A DNA stretch of 63,561 bases, counting the filler, from Eubacteriales bacterium (GTDB taxonomy: Bacteria; Bacillota; Clostridia; Oscillospirales; CAG-382): the NCBI GenBank assembly GCA_045636665.1. It is 6 parts of 6 records of this genome, joined end to end, with 100 filler letters (N's around TTAATTAATTAA, not from the genome) between each part and the next. Parts side by side here need not be neighbours in the genome. Positions count along the whole stretch, not along the records: positions 1 to 17,440 come from JAZTXY010000079.1; 5 more parts are not named here. The stretch is one strand, 5' to 3'. Position numbers and translations under genes: made by a program. The first letter of the stretch is position 1. The number at the start of each line of letters is the position of its first letter. The notes beneath the pieces are model-generated. The model searched no databases. It had not been told where the DNA came from and was given only the letters and a program-made list of their open reading frames with translations. Below, one piece after another: positions 1-9,728 of this stretch.

Positions 1-1
1 C

Positions 2-85
2 GTAGTTGACGTAGAGGGCTTCCTTTACTGGTACAACGGCGCTAACCCCCACATCACCGAGATCAAGGTTCTCGACGAGAAATAA
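2..85 (+). CDS. 3' end of a truncated protein (VVDVEGFLYWYNGANPHITEIKVLDEK*), function unknown
   Basis: Open frame from the window edge to TAA at 83-85; manual translation. Confidence 0.6.
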   Translation, partial: VVDVEGFLYWYNGANPHITEIKVLDEK

Positions 86-111
86 GACTTGACATAAAAA
101 AAGACCGCTTA

Positions 112-355
112 GAGGCACACTTCGCAAGGAAGTGTGCCTCAGTTATATTCGCCTTTTCACCCCGCAAAAACTACGGTTTTGCGGGGACCCCGTATGGCGA
201 GTTATATTGCTTCGCAGTTATATTTGGACTTCGTCCAAGTTATATCCGCTTCGCGGGTTTGCAGGCGAATATAATATAACTGAAACTGAAAGTTTCAATA
301 ACACTTTTGACGCAAGGCAAAAATATAACTGTGAGACAAGTCTCGCAATATCACT
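112..355. repeat. Modular palindromic element: hairpin 112-140, four AGTTATAT boxes with interleaved hairpins, then four reverse-complement-like boxes
   Basis: AGTTATAT at 141, 200, 216, 238; ATATAACT-like at 274, 298, 323, 348; short stems between the boxes. Confidence 0.8.
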
Positions 356-404
356 GTTTTATCTTCTTTGAGATTGGTATTATTCAAAGTATGTAACTCA
401 CTAT

Positions 405-433
405 GACACTTTCAGGCAGAAAGTGTCTTTTTT
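405..433 (+). terminator. Intrinsic terminator-like hairpin
   Basis: GACACTTTC-AGGCA-GAAAGTGTC followed by a T run. Confidence 0.6.
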
Positions 434-439
434 CTTGTG

Positions 440-480
440 AAAAGAAATAGGGAGAATGCTTCTTTACGAAGCATCCTCCC
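440..480 (-). terminator. Probable terminator of the leu/ilv operon
   Basis: GGGAGAATGCTTC/GAAGCATCCTCCC stem with a T-rich tail on the minus strand, about 20 nt after the ilvH stop. Confidence 0.55.
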
Positions 481-500
481 TACAGGATATTTTTTGTTGC

Positions 501-1016
501 TTAAAAGTTGATTTGCTGACGGATGGTTGTGCTTCCCTTTTCGAGCGAAACGCTTCCCGTACGGCAAATTTCGAGAATCGTGTATTCACGCATAAGGTTA
601 ATGAAATCGTCGATTTTGGTCGAGCTGTCGGTAAGACGGAGCATTAACGAATCCTTTGAATAATCGACCACAGTCGCGCCGAAGGCATCGGCGGCGGTTC
701 GGATATCCTCACGCGTGTCGGGCTCGTTTTGCATTTTGATAAGCAAAAGCTCACAGCTTATCGAATTGTCGGAATTAAATTCCTTTATCGAGCAGACTAC
801 GGGGAGCTTATAGAGCTGGTTGACAAGCTGCTGCTTATAGCCCTCCTCGCCCTCAAACACGACGGTAATGCGCGAGAATGCGCTTGATTCGGTTTCGCTA
901 ACCGTCAGCGCGCTGATGTTGAACTGACGGCGGCGGAACATACTTGTTACACGGTTAAGTACGCCGAATTCGTTTTTAACGAGTACGGCAAGGGTATATT
1001 TATTCATATCAGCCAC
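501..1016 (-). CDS. ilvH: Acetolactate synthase small (regulatory) subunit
   Basis: ACT-domain N-terminus (VLVKNEFGVLNRVTSMFRRRQFNI), C-terminal EICRTG; follows ilvB. Confidence 0.95.
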   Translation of the reverse strand: MADMNKYTLAVLVKNEFGVLNRVTSMFRRRQFNISALTVSETESSAFSRITVVFEGEEGYKQQLVNQLYKLPVVCSIKEFNSDNSISCELLLIKMQNEPDTREDIRTAADAFGATVVDYSKDSLMLRLTDSSTKIDDFINLMREYTILEICRTGSVSLEKGSTTIRQQINF

Positions 1017-2676
1017 CTGCCTTTACGATGATATCGTCCATACTTCCGCCCGGCGGCAGCATTGGAAGAACGAGTTCGTCCTTATCGACGGCGCAATCGA
1101 TTATAAAGGGTGAGTTTGTTGAAAACGCAACTGTCAACGCGTCATTAAGCTCATCAACAGTGTTTACCGCCATACCGTCTGCGCCGAAGGATTTTGCGAG
1201 CGCGACGAAATCGGTTTTACGGTCGAGCTCGGTATTGGAATAGCGTTTGTCGAAGAACAGCTTTTGCCATTGGCGAACCATTCCGAGCACGCCGTTGTTC
1301 ATAATAAGGATGACCAACGGGACTTTATAGGTAACTGCGGTTGCAAGCTCATGAAGTGACATTCCGAAGCTTCCGTCGCCCGTGACAAGCACACATCTTT
1401 CGTTCGTGCCGAAATATGCGCCGATAGAAGCGCCCAAGCCGAAGCCCATTGTACCCAAGCCGCCGCTTGTGATAAAACGGCGCTCGGTTTTGAATTTAAG
1501 CGTACGGGCGGACCAGACCTGATGCTGTCCGACGTCGGTTGCGACGGGTGTGTTTTCGCCGAGGTAGTTATTTAAGGTATTAAGGATATTTTCGGGAGTA
1601 AGACCTTCGCGGTTGTCGGCAAATTCATTTTCCTTTGCCTTTAGTTCTTCGACCGTTTTCTGCCAATCGTCCTTTTTTGATTCGTTAACAAGGGGCAGAA
1701 GCTTTTGAAGCGTTTGCTTTAAATCGCCGCGAAGTCCGCAGACCGCGTTGACGTTTTTCGAAAGCTCGCTTCCGTCGACGTCGATATGAACGACCTTGAC
1801 ACCGGGAAGGAATTTTTCGCGGTTACCCGTTGCGCGGTCGGTGAAGCGAACACCGAGCGAAATGATAAGGTCGGCTTTGTTCATCGACATCGACGAGGCA
1901 TAATGTCCGTGCATTCCCTGCATACCCAAAAAGCGCGAATGGTCGCTCGGGAGAATTGAAATACCCATCATCGAGCAACCGAGAGGCGCATCGATTTTAT
2001 CGGCAAGAGAGAGCATTTCTTCCCTTGCATCGGCAGAAAGGATACCGCCGCCGAAATAGATATAGGGGCGTTTCGATTCGTTAATGAGCGTTGCGGCTTG
2101 GGCGATACGAACCTCCTTTGCGGAAAAGGCGGTTTCTTTTTCGACCTTATTTTCGCACTCATATTCGCAAAGCGCGATTTGAACGTCCTTGGGGATATCG
2201 ATCAAAACGGGACCCGGTCTGCCCGATTGGGCAAGAATGAATGCCTCACGCACGGTTTCGGCAAGTGTTTCGACCGAGCCGACGAAATAGTTATGCTTGG
2301 TTATGGGCAGAGTTATACCCGTTATATCTATCTCCTGAAAGCTGTCGGTACCGATTTGATAGGTCGGCACGTTGCCGCACACCGCAACCATAGGGACAGA
2401 ATCGAGATAGGCGGTAGCGATGCCCGTAACGAGATTCGTTGCGCCCGGTCCCGAGGTTGCGATAACAACACCAACCTTGCCCGTCGTTCTTGCATAGCCG
2501 TCGGCGGCGTGCGCCGCGCCCTGCTCGTGCGCGGTAAGGATATGGTTTATTTCGTTTTTATGGTTGTAAAGACTGTCGTATACATTCAAGATCTGTCCGC
2601 CGGGGTAACCGAAAACCGTTTCGACTCCCTGCTCGATCAGAGTTTTTACAAGTATATCTGCGCCTGAAAGAAGCAT
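1009..2676 (-). CDS. ilvB: Acetolactate synthase large subunit
   Basis: FGYPGG, HEQGAAHAADGYAR, TSGPGATN, ThDP motif GDGSF...NN. Confidence 0.97.
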   Translation of the reverse strand: MLLSGADILVKTLIEQGVETVFGYPGGQILNVYDSLYNHKNEINHILTAHEQGAAHAADGYARTTGKVGVVIATSGPGATNLVTGIATAYLDSVPMVAVCGNVPTYQIGTDSFQEIDITGITLPITKHNYFVGSVETLAETVREAFILAQSGRPGPVLIDIPKDVQIALCEYECENKVEKETAFSAKEVRIAQAATLINESKRPYIYFGGGILSADAREEMLSLADKIDAPLGCSMMGISILPSDHSRFLGMQGMHGHYASSMSMNKADLIISLGVRFTDRATGNREKFLPGVKVVHIDVDGSELSKNVNAVCGLRGDLKQTLQKLLPLVNESKKDDWQKTVEELKAKENEFADNREGLTPENILNTLNNYLGENTPVATDVGQHQVWSARTLKFKTERRFITSGGLGTMGFGLGASIGAYFGTNERCVLVTGDGSFGMSLHELATAVTYKVPLVILIMNNGVLGMVRQWQKLFFDKRYSNTELDRKTDFVALAKSFGADGMAVNTVDELNDALTVAFSTNSPFIIDCAVDKDELVLPMLPPGGSMDDIIVKAGG

Positions 2677-2685
2677 TTTTGACTC

Positions 2686-3768
2686 CTATTTTATGTATTT
2701 TACGATCAAATCGCCGCATTCATTGCATCCGACGGTTTTTTCACCGTCAAGCGCTATATCTTTGGTGCGGTAGCCGTTGTTTAAAAATTCGTCGACGGCA
2801 GAATCGATCGCGTTGGCTTCGGCTTCCATATCGAAGCTGTATTTAAGCATCATTGAAGCAGAAAGAATTGTTCCTATCGGGTTTGCGATATCCTGATTTG
2901 CAATATCGGGCGCAGAGCCGTGTATCGGCTCGTAAAGTCCGCGGCTCGTTGCGCCAAGACTCGATGACGGTATCATACCGATAGAGCCCGTTATCATCGA
3001 TGCTTCGTCCGAAAGGATATCGCCGAACATATTCTCGGTAACGATAACGTCGAATTGCGAGGGGTCCTTAACAATCTGCATAGCGCAGTTATCGACGAGC
3101 ATATCGGTCAATTCAACGTCCTTGTATTCCTCGCTTAATTTGTGCATTACCGACTTCCAAAGACGGCTTGAATCCAAAACGTTGCTTTTTTCGACAGAGC
3201 AAAGCTTTTTATTGCGTTTTCTTGCCGTTTCAAAGCCGATTCTGCCGATGCGTTCGATTTCCGATTCGGTATAAACGAGTATATCGGTCGCTTTTTGTTG
3301 ATTATCGACCGTTTCGGTTTTATGCTCACCGAAATAGATACCGCCGATAAGCTCGCGCACGATGATGAAATCGATTCCCTTTTCGACTATTTCGCTTTTT
3401 AACGGCGAAGCCGAAGCAAGCTGACGCCAAATCTTGGCAGGTCGGTTGTTGCTGTAAACGCCCATTGCCGAGCGAAGCTTTAAAAGTCCCTTTTCGGGAC
3501 GCAAATTCGCAGGCATATCATTCCATTTATTGCCGCCGACGGCGCCCAAAAGCACACTGTCGGAATTTAAACATTTATCGATCGATTCTTGGGGTAACGG
3601 ATTGCCGTATTTATCGATGGCACAGCCGCCCATATCGACCTCTGTGAAGTTAAAGGTATGTCCGTAAATCTCACCGACACGCGTTAATACCTTGACCGCT
3701 TGGGTGATTATTTCGGGACCGATGCCGTCGCCTTTGATGACGGCGATATTTTTTGTCAATTTATTCAC
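2686..3768 (-). CDS. leuB: 3-isopropylmalate dehydrogenase
   Basis: [30 protein letters not shown]. Confidence 0.97.
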   Translation of the reverse strand: MNKLTKNIAVIKGDGIGPEIITQAVKVLTRVGEIYGHTFNFTEVDMGGCAIDKYGNPLPQESIDKCLNSDSVLLGAVGGNKWNDMPANLRPEKGLLKLRSAMGVYSNNRPAKIWRQLASASPLKSEIVEKGIDFIIVRELIGGIYFGEHKTETVDNQQKATDILVYTESEIERIGRIGFETARKRNKKLCSVEKSNVLDSSRLWKSVMHKLSEEYKDVELTDMLVDNCAMQIVKDPSQFDVIVTENMFGDILSDEASMITGSIGMIPSSSLGATSRGLYEPIHGSAPDIANQDIANPIGTILSASMMLKYSFDMEAEANAIDSAVDEFLNNGYRTKDIALDGEKTVGCNECGDLIVKYIK

Positions 3769-4249
3769 CTTCTTTTAAGGATGCAAGAAGTCCGCCTTTT
3801 TCGATAATGCTTTGGATAAAGGGCGGAAAGGGTTGCGCTTGATAGGATTTGCCGCTTGTGATATTTTTGATGATGCCGTTGTCAAAATCGACCTCGACAA
3901 TATCGTTTTCGTTGATTTCCTCTGCCGCTTCAACGCATTCGAGAATAGGCAGACCGATGTTTATCGCATTGCGGTAGAAGATGCGCGCAAAGGATTTCGC
4001 GATGACACAGCCGACACCGCAGCCCTTGATTACAAGCGGTGCGTGCTCACGCGAGGAGCCGCAACCAAAATTGAGCCCTGCGACGATAACGTCGCCCTTT
4101 TTTACCTTGCCGACGAATTCCTTGTCGATATCCTCCATACAGTGCTTCGACAGCTCGTTCACGTCGGGAGTGTTTAAATATCTTGCGGGGATGATAACGT
4201 CGGTGTCGACGTTGTCGTTATATTTGAAGGCATTACCCTTTGTTTTCAT
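3761..4249 (-). CDS. leuD: 3-isopropylmalate dehydratase small subunit
   Basis: [24 protein letters not shown]. Confidence 0.96.
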   Translation of the reverse strand: MKTKGNAFKYNDNVDTDVIIPARYLNTPDVNELSKHCMEDIDKEFVGKVKKGDVIVAGLNFGCGSSREHAPLVIKGCGVGCVIAKSFARIFYRNAINIGLPILECVEAAEEINENDIVEVDFDNGIIKNITSGKSYQAQPFPPFIQSIIEKGGLLASLKEGE

Positions 4250-4252
4250 TGC

Positions 4253-5512
4253 TTACGCCTCCTTGTATTGGGTTATATAGCCCGTAATCGCACTTGCCGC
4301 AGCGGTATAGGGAGAAGCAAGATATACCTCGCTTTCGGTATGTCCCATACGTCCGACGAAGTTGCGGTTTGTTGTGGCGATGCATCTTTCACCCTTGGCA
4401 AGGATGCCCATATAACCGCCAAGACACGGTCCGCAGGTGGGTGTCGAAACAACTGCGCCTGCATCGATAAAGGCGGTGTAATAGCCGCGAATGACGCATT
4501 CGCGAAGTATTTGCATCGTTGCAGGAATGATAATACAGCGCACTCCCTTTGCGATTTGCTTGCCGTTTAACACCTTAAATGCGGCTTCCATATCCTCGAT
4601 TCTGCCGTTGGTGCAGGAGCCGATTACGACTTGGTCGATTTTTACGTTATTCAATTCGCTTGCGTTTTTCGTGTTTTCGGGAAGATGCGGACAAGCGACT
4701 GTGGGTGCGATTTTTGAAAGGTCGATTTCGATTATTTCATCGTATTGGGCGTCCTTATCGGCGGTGAATATCTTTATTTCCCTTTCGCTTCTGCCGTTTA
4801 AATAGTCAAGCGTGATTTCATCGACGGGAAAGATGCCGTTTTTCGCGCCTGCTTCGACTGCCATATTACAAATGCAAAGGCGGTCGTCGATAGAAAGGTT
4901 CTTTATTCCCTCTCCGAAAAATTCCATGCTTTTATAAAGTGCGCCGTCGACGCCTATTTTTCCGATTATCGTAAGTATTACGTCCTTGCCGCTGCAATTG
5001 GAGGGCAATTTGCCGACGATATTAAAGCCGATTGCCGAAGGAACCTTGAACCAAGCCTTGCCCGTTGCCATTCCTGCCGCCATATCGGTGCTTCCGACAC
5101 CCGTTGCAAACGCGCCGAGCGCACCATAGGTACAGGTGTGGCTGTCCGCACCGATAATGCAATCGCCTGCGGTGACGATTCCCTGCTCGGGAAGAAGCGC
5201 GTGCTCGATACCCATTTTGCCGACGTCATAAAAATGGCTTACCGAATGAAGATTTGCGAATTCACGGCATTGCTTTGATTGCTCAGCCGCCTTTATGTCC
5301 TTATTGGGCACGAAATGGTCGAGCACTATTGCGATTTTATCCTTATCGAAAACCTTGTCAAAGCCTGCTTTTTTAAACTCGTTTATAGCTACGGGAGTAG
5401 TTATATCGTTGCCTAATACGATATTAAGGCTTGCGCTGATAAGCTGACCTGCTTTAACGCTTTCAAGCCCCGCGCTGTGCGCGAGTATTTTTTGTGTTAA
5501 GGTCATTCCCAT
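4253..5512 (-). CDS. leuC: 3-isopropylmalate dehydratase large subunit
   Basis: [33 protein letters not shown] at 5512 follows a GAGG RBS. Confidence 0.96.
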   Translation of the reverse strand: MGMTLTQKILAHSAGLESVKAGQLISASLNIVLGNDITTPVAINEFKKAGFDKVFDKDKIAIVLDHFVPNKDIKAAEQSKQCREFANLHSVSHFYDVGKMGIEHALLPEQGIVTAGDCIIGADSHTCTYGALGAFATGVGSTDMAAGMATGKAWFKVPSAIGFNIVGKLPSNCSGKDVILTIIGKIGVDGALYKSMEFFGEGIKNLSIDDRLCICNMAVEAGAKNGIFPVDEITLDYLNGRSEREIKIFTADKDAQYDEIIEIDLSKIAPTVACPHLPENTKNASELNNVKIDQVVIGSCTNGRIEDMEAAFKVLNGKQIAKGVRCIIIPATMQILRECVIRGYYTAFIDAGAVVSTPTCGPCLGGYMGILAKGERCIATTNRNFVGRMGHTESEVYLASPYTAAASAITGYITQYKEA

Positions 5513-5517
5513 AATAA

Positions 5518-7185
5518 TCAACCTCTTACCAAATTGTTAAATGCGCTTAAAAGCGCGTTTGTACTCGCCTTGATGACGTCGGTATGGGTGCCTGCGCCCC
5601 AATACATTTTGCCCGACTCGGTTTGGAGTCCGATATAGGATGCCGCAACCGATTGCGAGCCCTGTCCCTGCATACTGTGCTGGGTGAACACTTGAAGCAC
5701 GTAATTTCTGCCCGTGTATGCCTTAAGCGCATTGTTGATTGCAGAAAGCGAACCGTTACCCTCGGCAGTCAGCGAGGTTTCGGTTCCGTTTTCGTTAAAG
5801 GTTATGTTTATCTTAACGGTTTCGTTTTCACGAATGAAATCGAGCTTTTTGACGGTTATTGCGCCGACGGTATTAAGATAGCTTTCGGTAAATATCGAAA
5901 GCACCTCGTCTGCCTTTAATTCGCGGTGCTCGCGGTCGGAGATGCTCTTGCAGAGGTAGCTTAAATGCTCGCGCATCTGCAAAGGAAGCACATAACCGTA
6001 ATTCTGCTCGAGAAGATAGCCGATACCGCCCTTGCCCGATTGAGAGTTAACACGGATGATGTCGGCATCGTAGGTTCTGCCGATGTCCATAGGGTCGATA
6101 GGAATATAGGGAACGCTCCATTCGTGAAGCGAATGCTTTTGGCGGTATTTCATACCCTTTGCGACGGCATCCTGATGTCCGCCCGAAAAGGCGGCAAACA
6201 CCAAAGCGCCTGCATAGGGTGCGCGGTCATAGACCTGCATTCTCGTGCATTTTTCGTATTTTTCGACAAGACGGTTCATATCCGAAAAGTCAAGCTTCGG
6301 ATCGACACCGTGTGAATACATATTCATTGCGATTGTGATTATATCGACGTTTCCCGTACGCTCGCCGTTGCCGAAAAGCGTACCTTCAACGCGGTCTGCG
6401 CCTGCCAAAAGCGCCAATTCGGTATTGGCGACACCCGTACCGCGGTCGTTATGCGAATGCACCGAAATAGTGACAAATTCACGGTATTTCACATTTTCGC
6501 TTATATATTCGACCTGACTTGCATAGACGTGCGGAAGGCTCATTTCGACCGTTACGGGAAGATTAACGATGACGTTGTTATCCTTGCTCGGTTCGAGAAT
6601 ATCGAGCACCGCGTTGATAACGTCAAGCGCATATTCGGGCTCGGTACCAGTGAAGGATTCGGGCGAATATTCATATCTGAAATTGCCCTCGTATTCCTTG
6701 GAAAGTCGCTTTACAAGACGCGCGCCGTCGATGGCGATTTGCTTGATTTCTTCCTTGGATTTTTCGAATACCTGCTCTCTTTGCGCGACGCTTAACGAGT
6801 TGTAGAAATGGATTATCGCGCTCGGCGCGCCCTTTACAGCCTCGAAGGTTTTGCGGATGATATGCTCGCGGCATTGGGTGAGCACCTGAACGGTAACGTC
6901 GTTTGGGATAAGTCGGTTATCGATAAGGGTACGCAAAAATTCATATTCGGTTTCGCTTGCGGCAGGAAAGCCGACCTCGATTTCCTTAAAGCCGACGTCG
7001 AGAAGCACCTTGAAATATTCGAGCTTTTCTTCAAGACTCATCGGGATTACAAGGCTTTGGTTGCCGTCGCGCATATCGACACTGCACCATACGGGCGCTT
7101 TTTCGATACGCTCGGCATTTACCCATTTGTTATATTTGTTTCCGACGGGAAAATAGCCCGCGCGGTATTTTGTGGGATCCATCAT
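5518..7185 (-). CDS. leuA: 2-isopropylmalate synthase
   Basis: [39 protein letters not shown]; leu operon context. Confidence 0.96.
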   Translation of the reverse strand: MMDPTKYRAGYFPVGNKYNKWVNAERIEKAPVWCSVDMRDGNQSLVIPMSLEEKLEYFKVLLDVGFKEIEVGFPAASETEYEFLRTLIDNRLIPNDVTVQVLTQCREHIIRKTFEAVKGAPSAIIHFYNSLSVAQREQVFEKSKEEIKQIAIDGARLVKRLSKEYEGNFRYEYSPESFTGTEPEYALDVINAVLDILEPSKDNNVIVNLPVTVEMSLPHVYASQVEYISENVKYREFVTISVHSHNDRGTGVANTELALLAGADRVEGTLFGNGERTGNVDIITIAMNMYSHGVDPKLDFSDMNRLVEKYEKCTRMQVYDRAPYAGALVFAAFSGGHQDAVAKGMKYRQKHSLHEWSVPYIPIDPMDIGRTYDADIIRVNSQSGKGGIGYLLEQNYGYVLPLQMREHLSYLCKSISDREHRELKADEVLSIFTESYLNTVGAITVKKLDFIRENETVKINITFNENGTETSLTAEGNGSLSAINNALKAYTGRNYVLQVFTQHSMQGQGSQSVAASYIGLQTESGKMYWGAGTHTDVIKASTNALLSAFNNLVRG

Positions 7186-7197
7186 AGCAGAATCTCC

Positions 7198-8145
7198 TTA
7201 AACAATTCTGTTTCTCGTTTCTCCGTTCAGGAAGGAATTTATATTTTGCTTGATTTCGTTCATACAACGGACTCTTGCTTCATAAGCGCCCCAAGCCATA
7301 TGCGGTGTGAGGCAGACGTTTTCGTAATTTTTGATTTTATCAAAGGGGTGCGCCTTGGGCATCGGCTCGACAGAATAAACGTCACAGCCGAAAAATCCAA
7401 GCTTGCCCGAAATTACCGCATTTGCAACCGCTTCCTCATCGAGCACCGCGCCGCGCGCAACGTTTACGAGAAACGCGCCGGTTTTCATCATCGAAAGCTC
7501 GTCAAAGCTAATCATACCGCGTGTTTTATCGGTAAGCGGCACGTGTACGGTAATAATATCCGATTCCTTTAAAAGCGTTTCAAGGGACACGCATTTTGCA
7601 TCGTCAACGGGTGTGCGCTTGTTGACGATGACGTTGCATCCCAACGCGCTTGCCGCCGCGCCGACGCGTCGACCGATTCCGCCATAGCCGATGATACCCC
7701 AAGTTTTACCGCAAAGCTCGTGATAGACGGGGGTTAAAATATTTTGCACGTTTCCGTTTGAATAGCTTCCGTTTGCGACGGAATTGCGAAACGCGTTTAA
7801 ATTGACCGAGGCGGAAAGCACCATTGCGAGAGTTAGCTGTGAAACCGAATTTGCCGAATAGCCTGCGACGTTGCAGACGGCGATGCCGTTGTTTTTGCAA
7901 TATTCGGTATCGACGTTGTCATAGCCCGTAGCGGCGATGCAAATCAACCTCAAGGCCTTTGCGTCCTTAAGCACGTCCTCATCAAGCTTGACCTTGTTGA
8001 TAATGCAAACCTCGGTATCCTTGATGCGCTCCGCTACCGTTTCACGCGGAGAAACCTCGAAAATTTCAACGTCGCCCAAGTCGTTAAAAAGCGACAAATC
8101 TATATCACTGCCGAGAGTGGCAGAGTCTAAAACAGTAATTTTCAT
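7198..8145 (-). CDS. D-isomer-specific 2-hydroxyacid dehydrogenase
   Basis: GIIGYGGIG, VNVARGAVLDE, TPHMAW; probable start MKITVLD at 8145. Confidence 0.9.
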   Translation of the reverse strand: MKITVLDSATLGSDIDLSLFNDLGDVEIFEVSPRETVAERIKDTEVCIINKVKLDEDVLKDAKALRLICIAATGYDNVDTEYCKNNGIAVCNVAGYSANSVSQLTLAMVLSASVNLNAFRNSVANGSYSNGNVQNILTPVYHELCGKTWGIIGYGGIGRRVGAAASALGCNVIVNKRTPVDDAKCVSLETLLKESDIITVHVPLTDKTRGMISFDELSMMKTGAFLVNVARGAVLDEEAVANAVISGKLGFFGCDVYSVEPMPKAHPFDKIKNYENVCLTPHMAWGAYEARVRCMNEIKQNINSFLNGETRNRIV

Positions 8146-8270
8146 AATAATTATACTACCCCATATTAAGTTAACCCTTATTATAGCATAAAAAAAACAC
8201 TTTGTCAAAGCGGTTGAAAAAATAAATTACATATGATATAATATTTTAAACTATACTGTTAGGATACACG

Positions 8271-9707
8271 ATGAAAAGATTTTTATATTTTGTTTTAATT
8301 ATTTTGTTATGCTTTTCGGTTTGCTCGTGCGGATTTGAGGTGGAGGAAGCCTCAGAAATCGCAGAAAGCTCAAATGAAGAAATTTCGGCGGAAAGCCCTG
8401 CAACAAGCGACGAATCAAGCGACGAATCAAGCGAATCGAGCGAAGAATCGAGCGAGCCGTTTTTGGACATAACGCTTGATTTGGTCAACCGCTTCGGGCC
8501 GTTTGAAAGCCCCGATATGCAGGACCTTGTTAACGACTTTTTCAACTTTATTTTGGAGTATTACGAATACGAGGTTGAGCCGCTTTGGAGCATTTACAAG
8601 GATATCGAAGCAAACGGATATAGCGACGACGTTTGGATTAAGCACACGGGCAACAGTATTCACGTTTGGGAATCGCTTTTTTTAGACGAGGCAAAAAGCG
8701 CCGATAATTTAAAAATAATCAGCTTGGGTGAAAAGGGCGGTAACAAAAAGACGGTTCTTACCTTCGGCGGTGATATTTCACTTGCCGACAATTATGCGAC
8801 TATTCCCTATCTTAACCATAAAAACGGCAATATCGATTATTGCATCCCCACCGAATGGCAGAATATTATGAAGAATGCCGACGTTGCGATGCTTAATTTG
8901 GAAAACCCGATATCCGACCGCGGTACACCGATGAAGCATAAGCTTTATACCTATGTCGGAAAGACCGAAAACACCGAAATTTTAAACAAAATAGGCGTTG
9001 ATTTCGTTACGCTTGCGAACAATCACGTTTTCGATTACGGCGAGGATGCTTTTTACGATACCTTTGACGCACTTGATAAATACGGAATTAATTATGCAGG
9101 CGCGGGCAAAAACGCAAAGGAAGCGCAAAAGCCCTTTTATTACATTATAAACGGCAGAAAGATTGCCTATATTTCGGCTACAAGGGCAGAAAAGAATATT
9201 CTTACACCCGAAGCGACCGAGGATTCGGGCGGTGTTTTCAGATGCTATGACAACACCCGCTTGCTTGAGGTGATTGAAGAAACGAAGCAGGCTTGCGATT
9301 ACGTTATTGTGCTTTTGCATTGGGGCACCGAATATTCGGCAAAGCTTGAAGGCGTTCAAAAGGAAACGGCGCACGAATATATCGACGCAGGCGCAGACCT
9401 TATCGTCGGCACGCACGCGCATCAGCTTCAGGGCATTGAATTTTACAAGGGCAAGGCGATTTTTTACAACCTCGGTAATTTTTGGTTCAATGCAAAACGG
9501 ATACACACGGGACTTATGAAGCTTGAGCTTGACAGCGACGGAAACGAAAGCTTTTATTTCATTCCGGGGCTTCAGTCGGGCTGCAAGACGCAATATTTAC
9601 TCGGCACGGCGCAGGGGCGCGAGGTGCTTGACGAGCTTGAATCGCACGAGCCGAATCAAGTTGCCATTTCCGACGACGGAAGGATAACCTTAAAAGAAGC
9701 AGAATAA
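8271..9707 (+). CDS. CapA-family metallophosphoesterase lipoprotein with acidic Ser/Glu linker
   Basis: Lipobox-like CSC; GGDI, NLE, LANNH, HWG, GTHAH, YNLGNF motifs. Confidence 0.88.
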   Translation: MKRFLYFVLIILLCFSVCSCGFEVEEASEIAESSNEEISAESPATSDESSDESSESSEESSEPFLDITLDLVNRFGPFESPDMQDLVNDFFNFILEYYEYEVEPLWSIYKDIEANGYSDDVWIKHTGNSIHVWESLFLDEAKSADNLKIISLGEKGGNKKTVLTFGGDISLADNYATIPYLNHKNGNIDYCIPTEWQNIMKNADVAMLNLENPISDRGTPMKHKLYTYVGKTENTEILNKIGVDFVTLANNHVFDYGEDAFYDTFDALDKYGINYAGAGKNAKEAQKPFYYIINGRKIAYISATRAEKNILTPEATEDSGGVFRCYDNTRLLEVIEETKQACDYVIVLLHWGTEYSAKLEGVQKETAHEYIDAGADLIVGTHAHQLQGIEFYKGKAIFYNLGNFWFNAKRIHTGLMKLELDSDGNESFYFIPGLQSGCKTQYLLGTAQGREVLDELESHEPNQVAISDDGRITLKEAE

Positions 9708-9728
9708 ACCTTTTTGGAGGATATATTT

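Noticed and set aside
141..245. AGTTATAT repeats as CRISPR
   Set aside because: The repeats are only 8 bp and the spacers are short hairpins; reported as a structured element instead.
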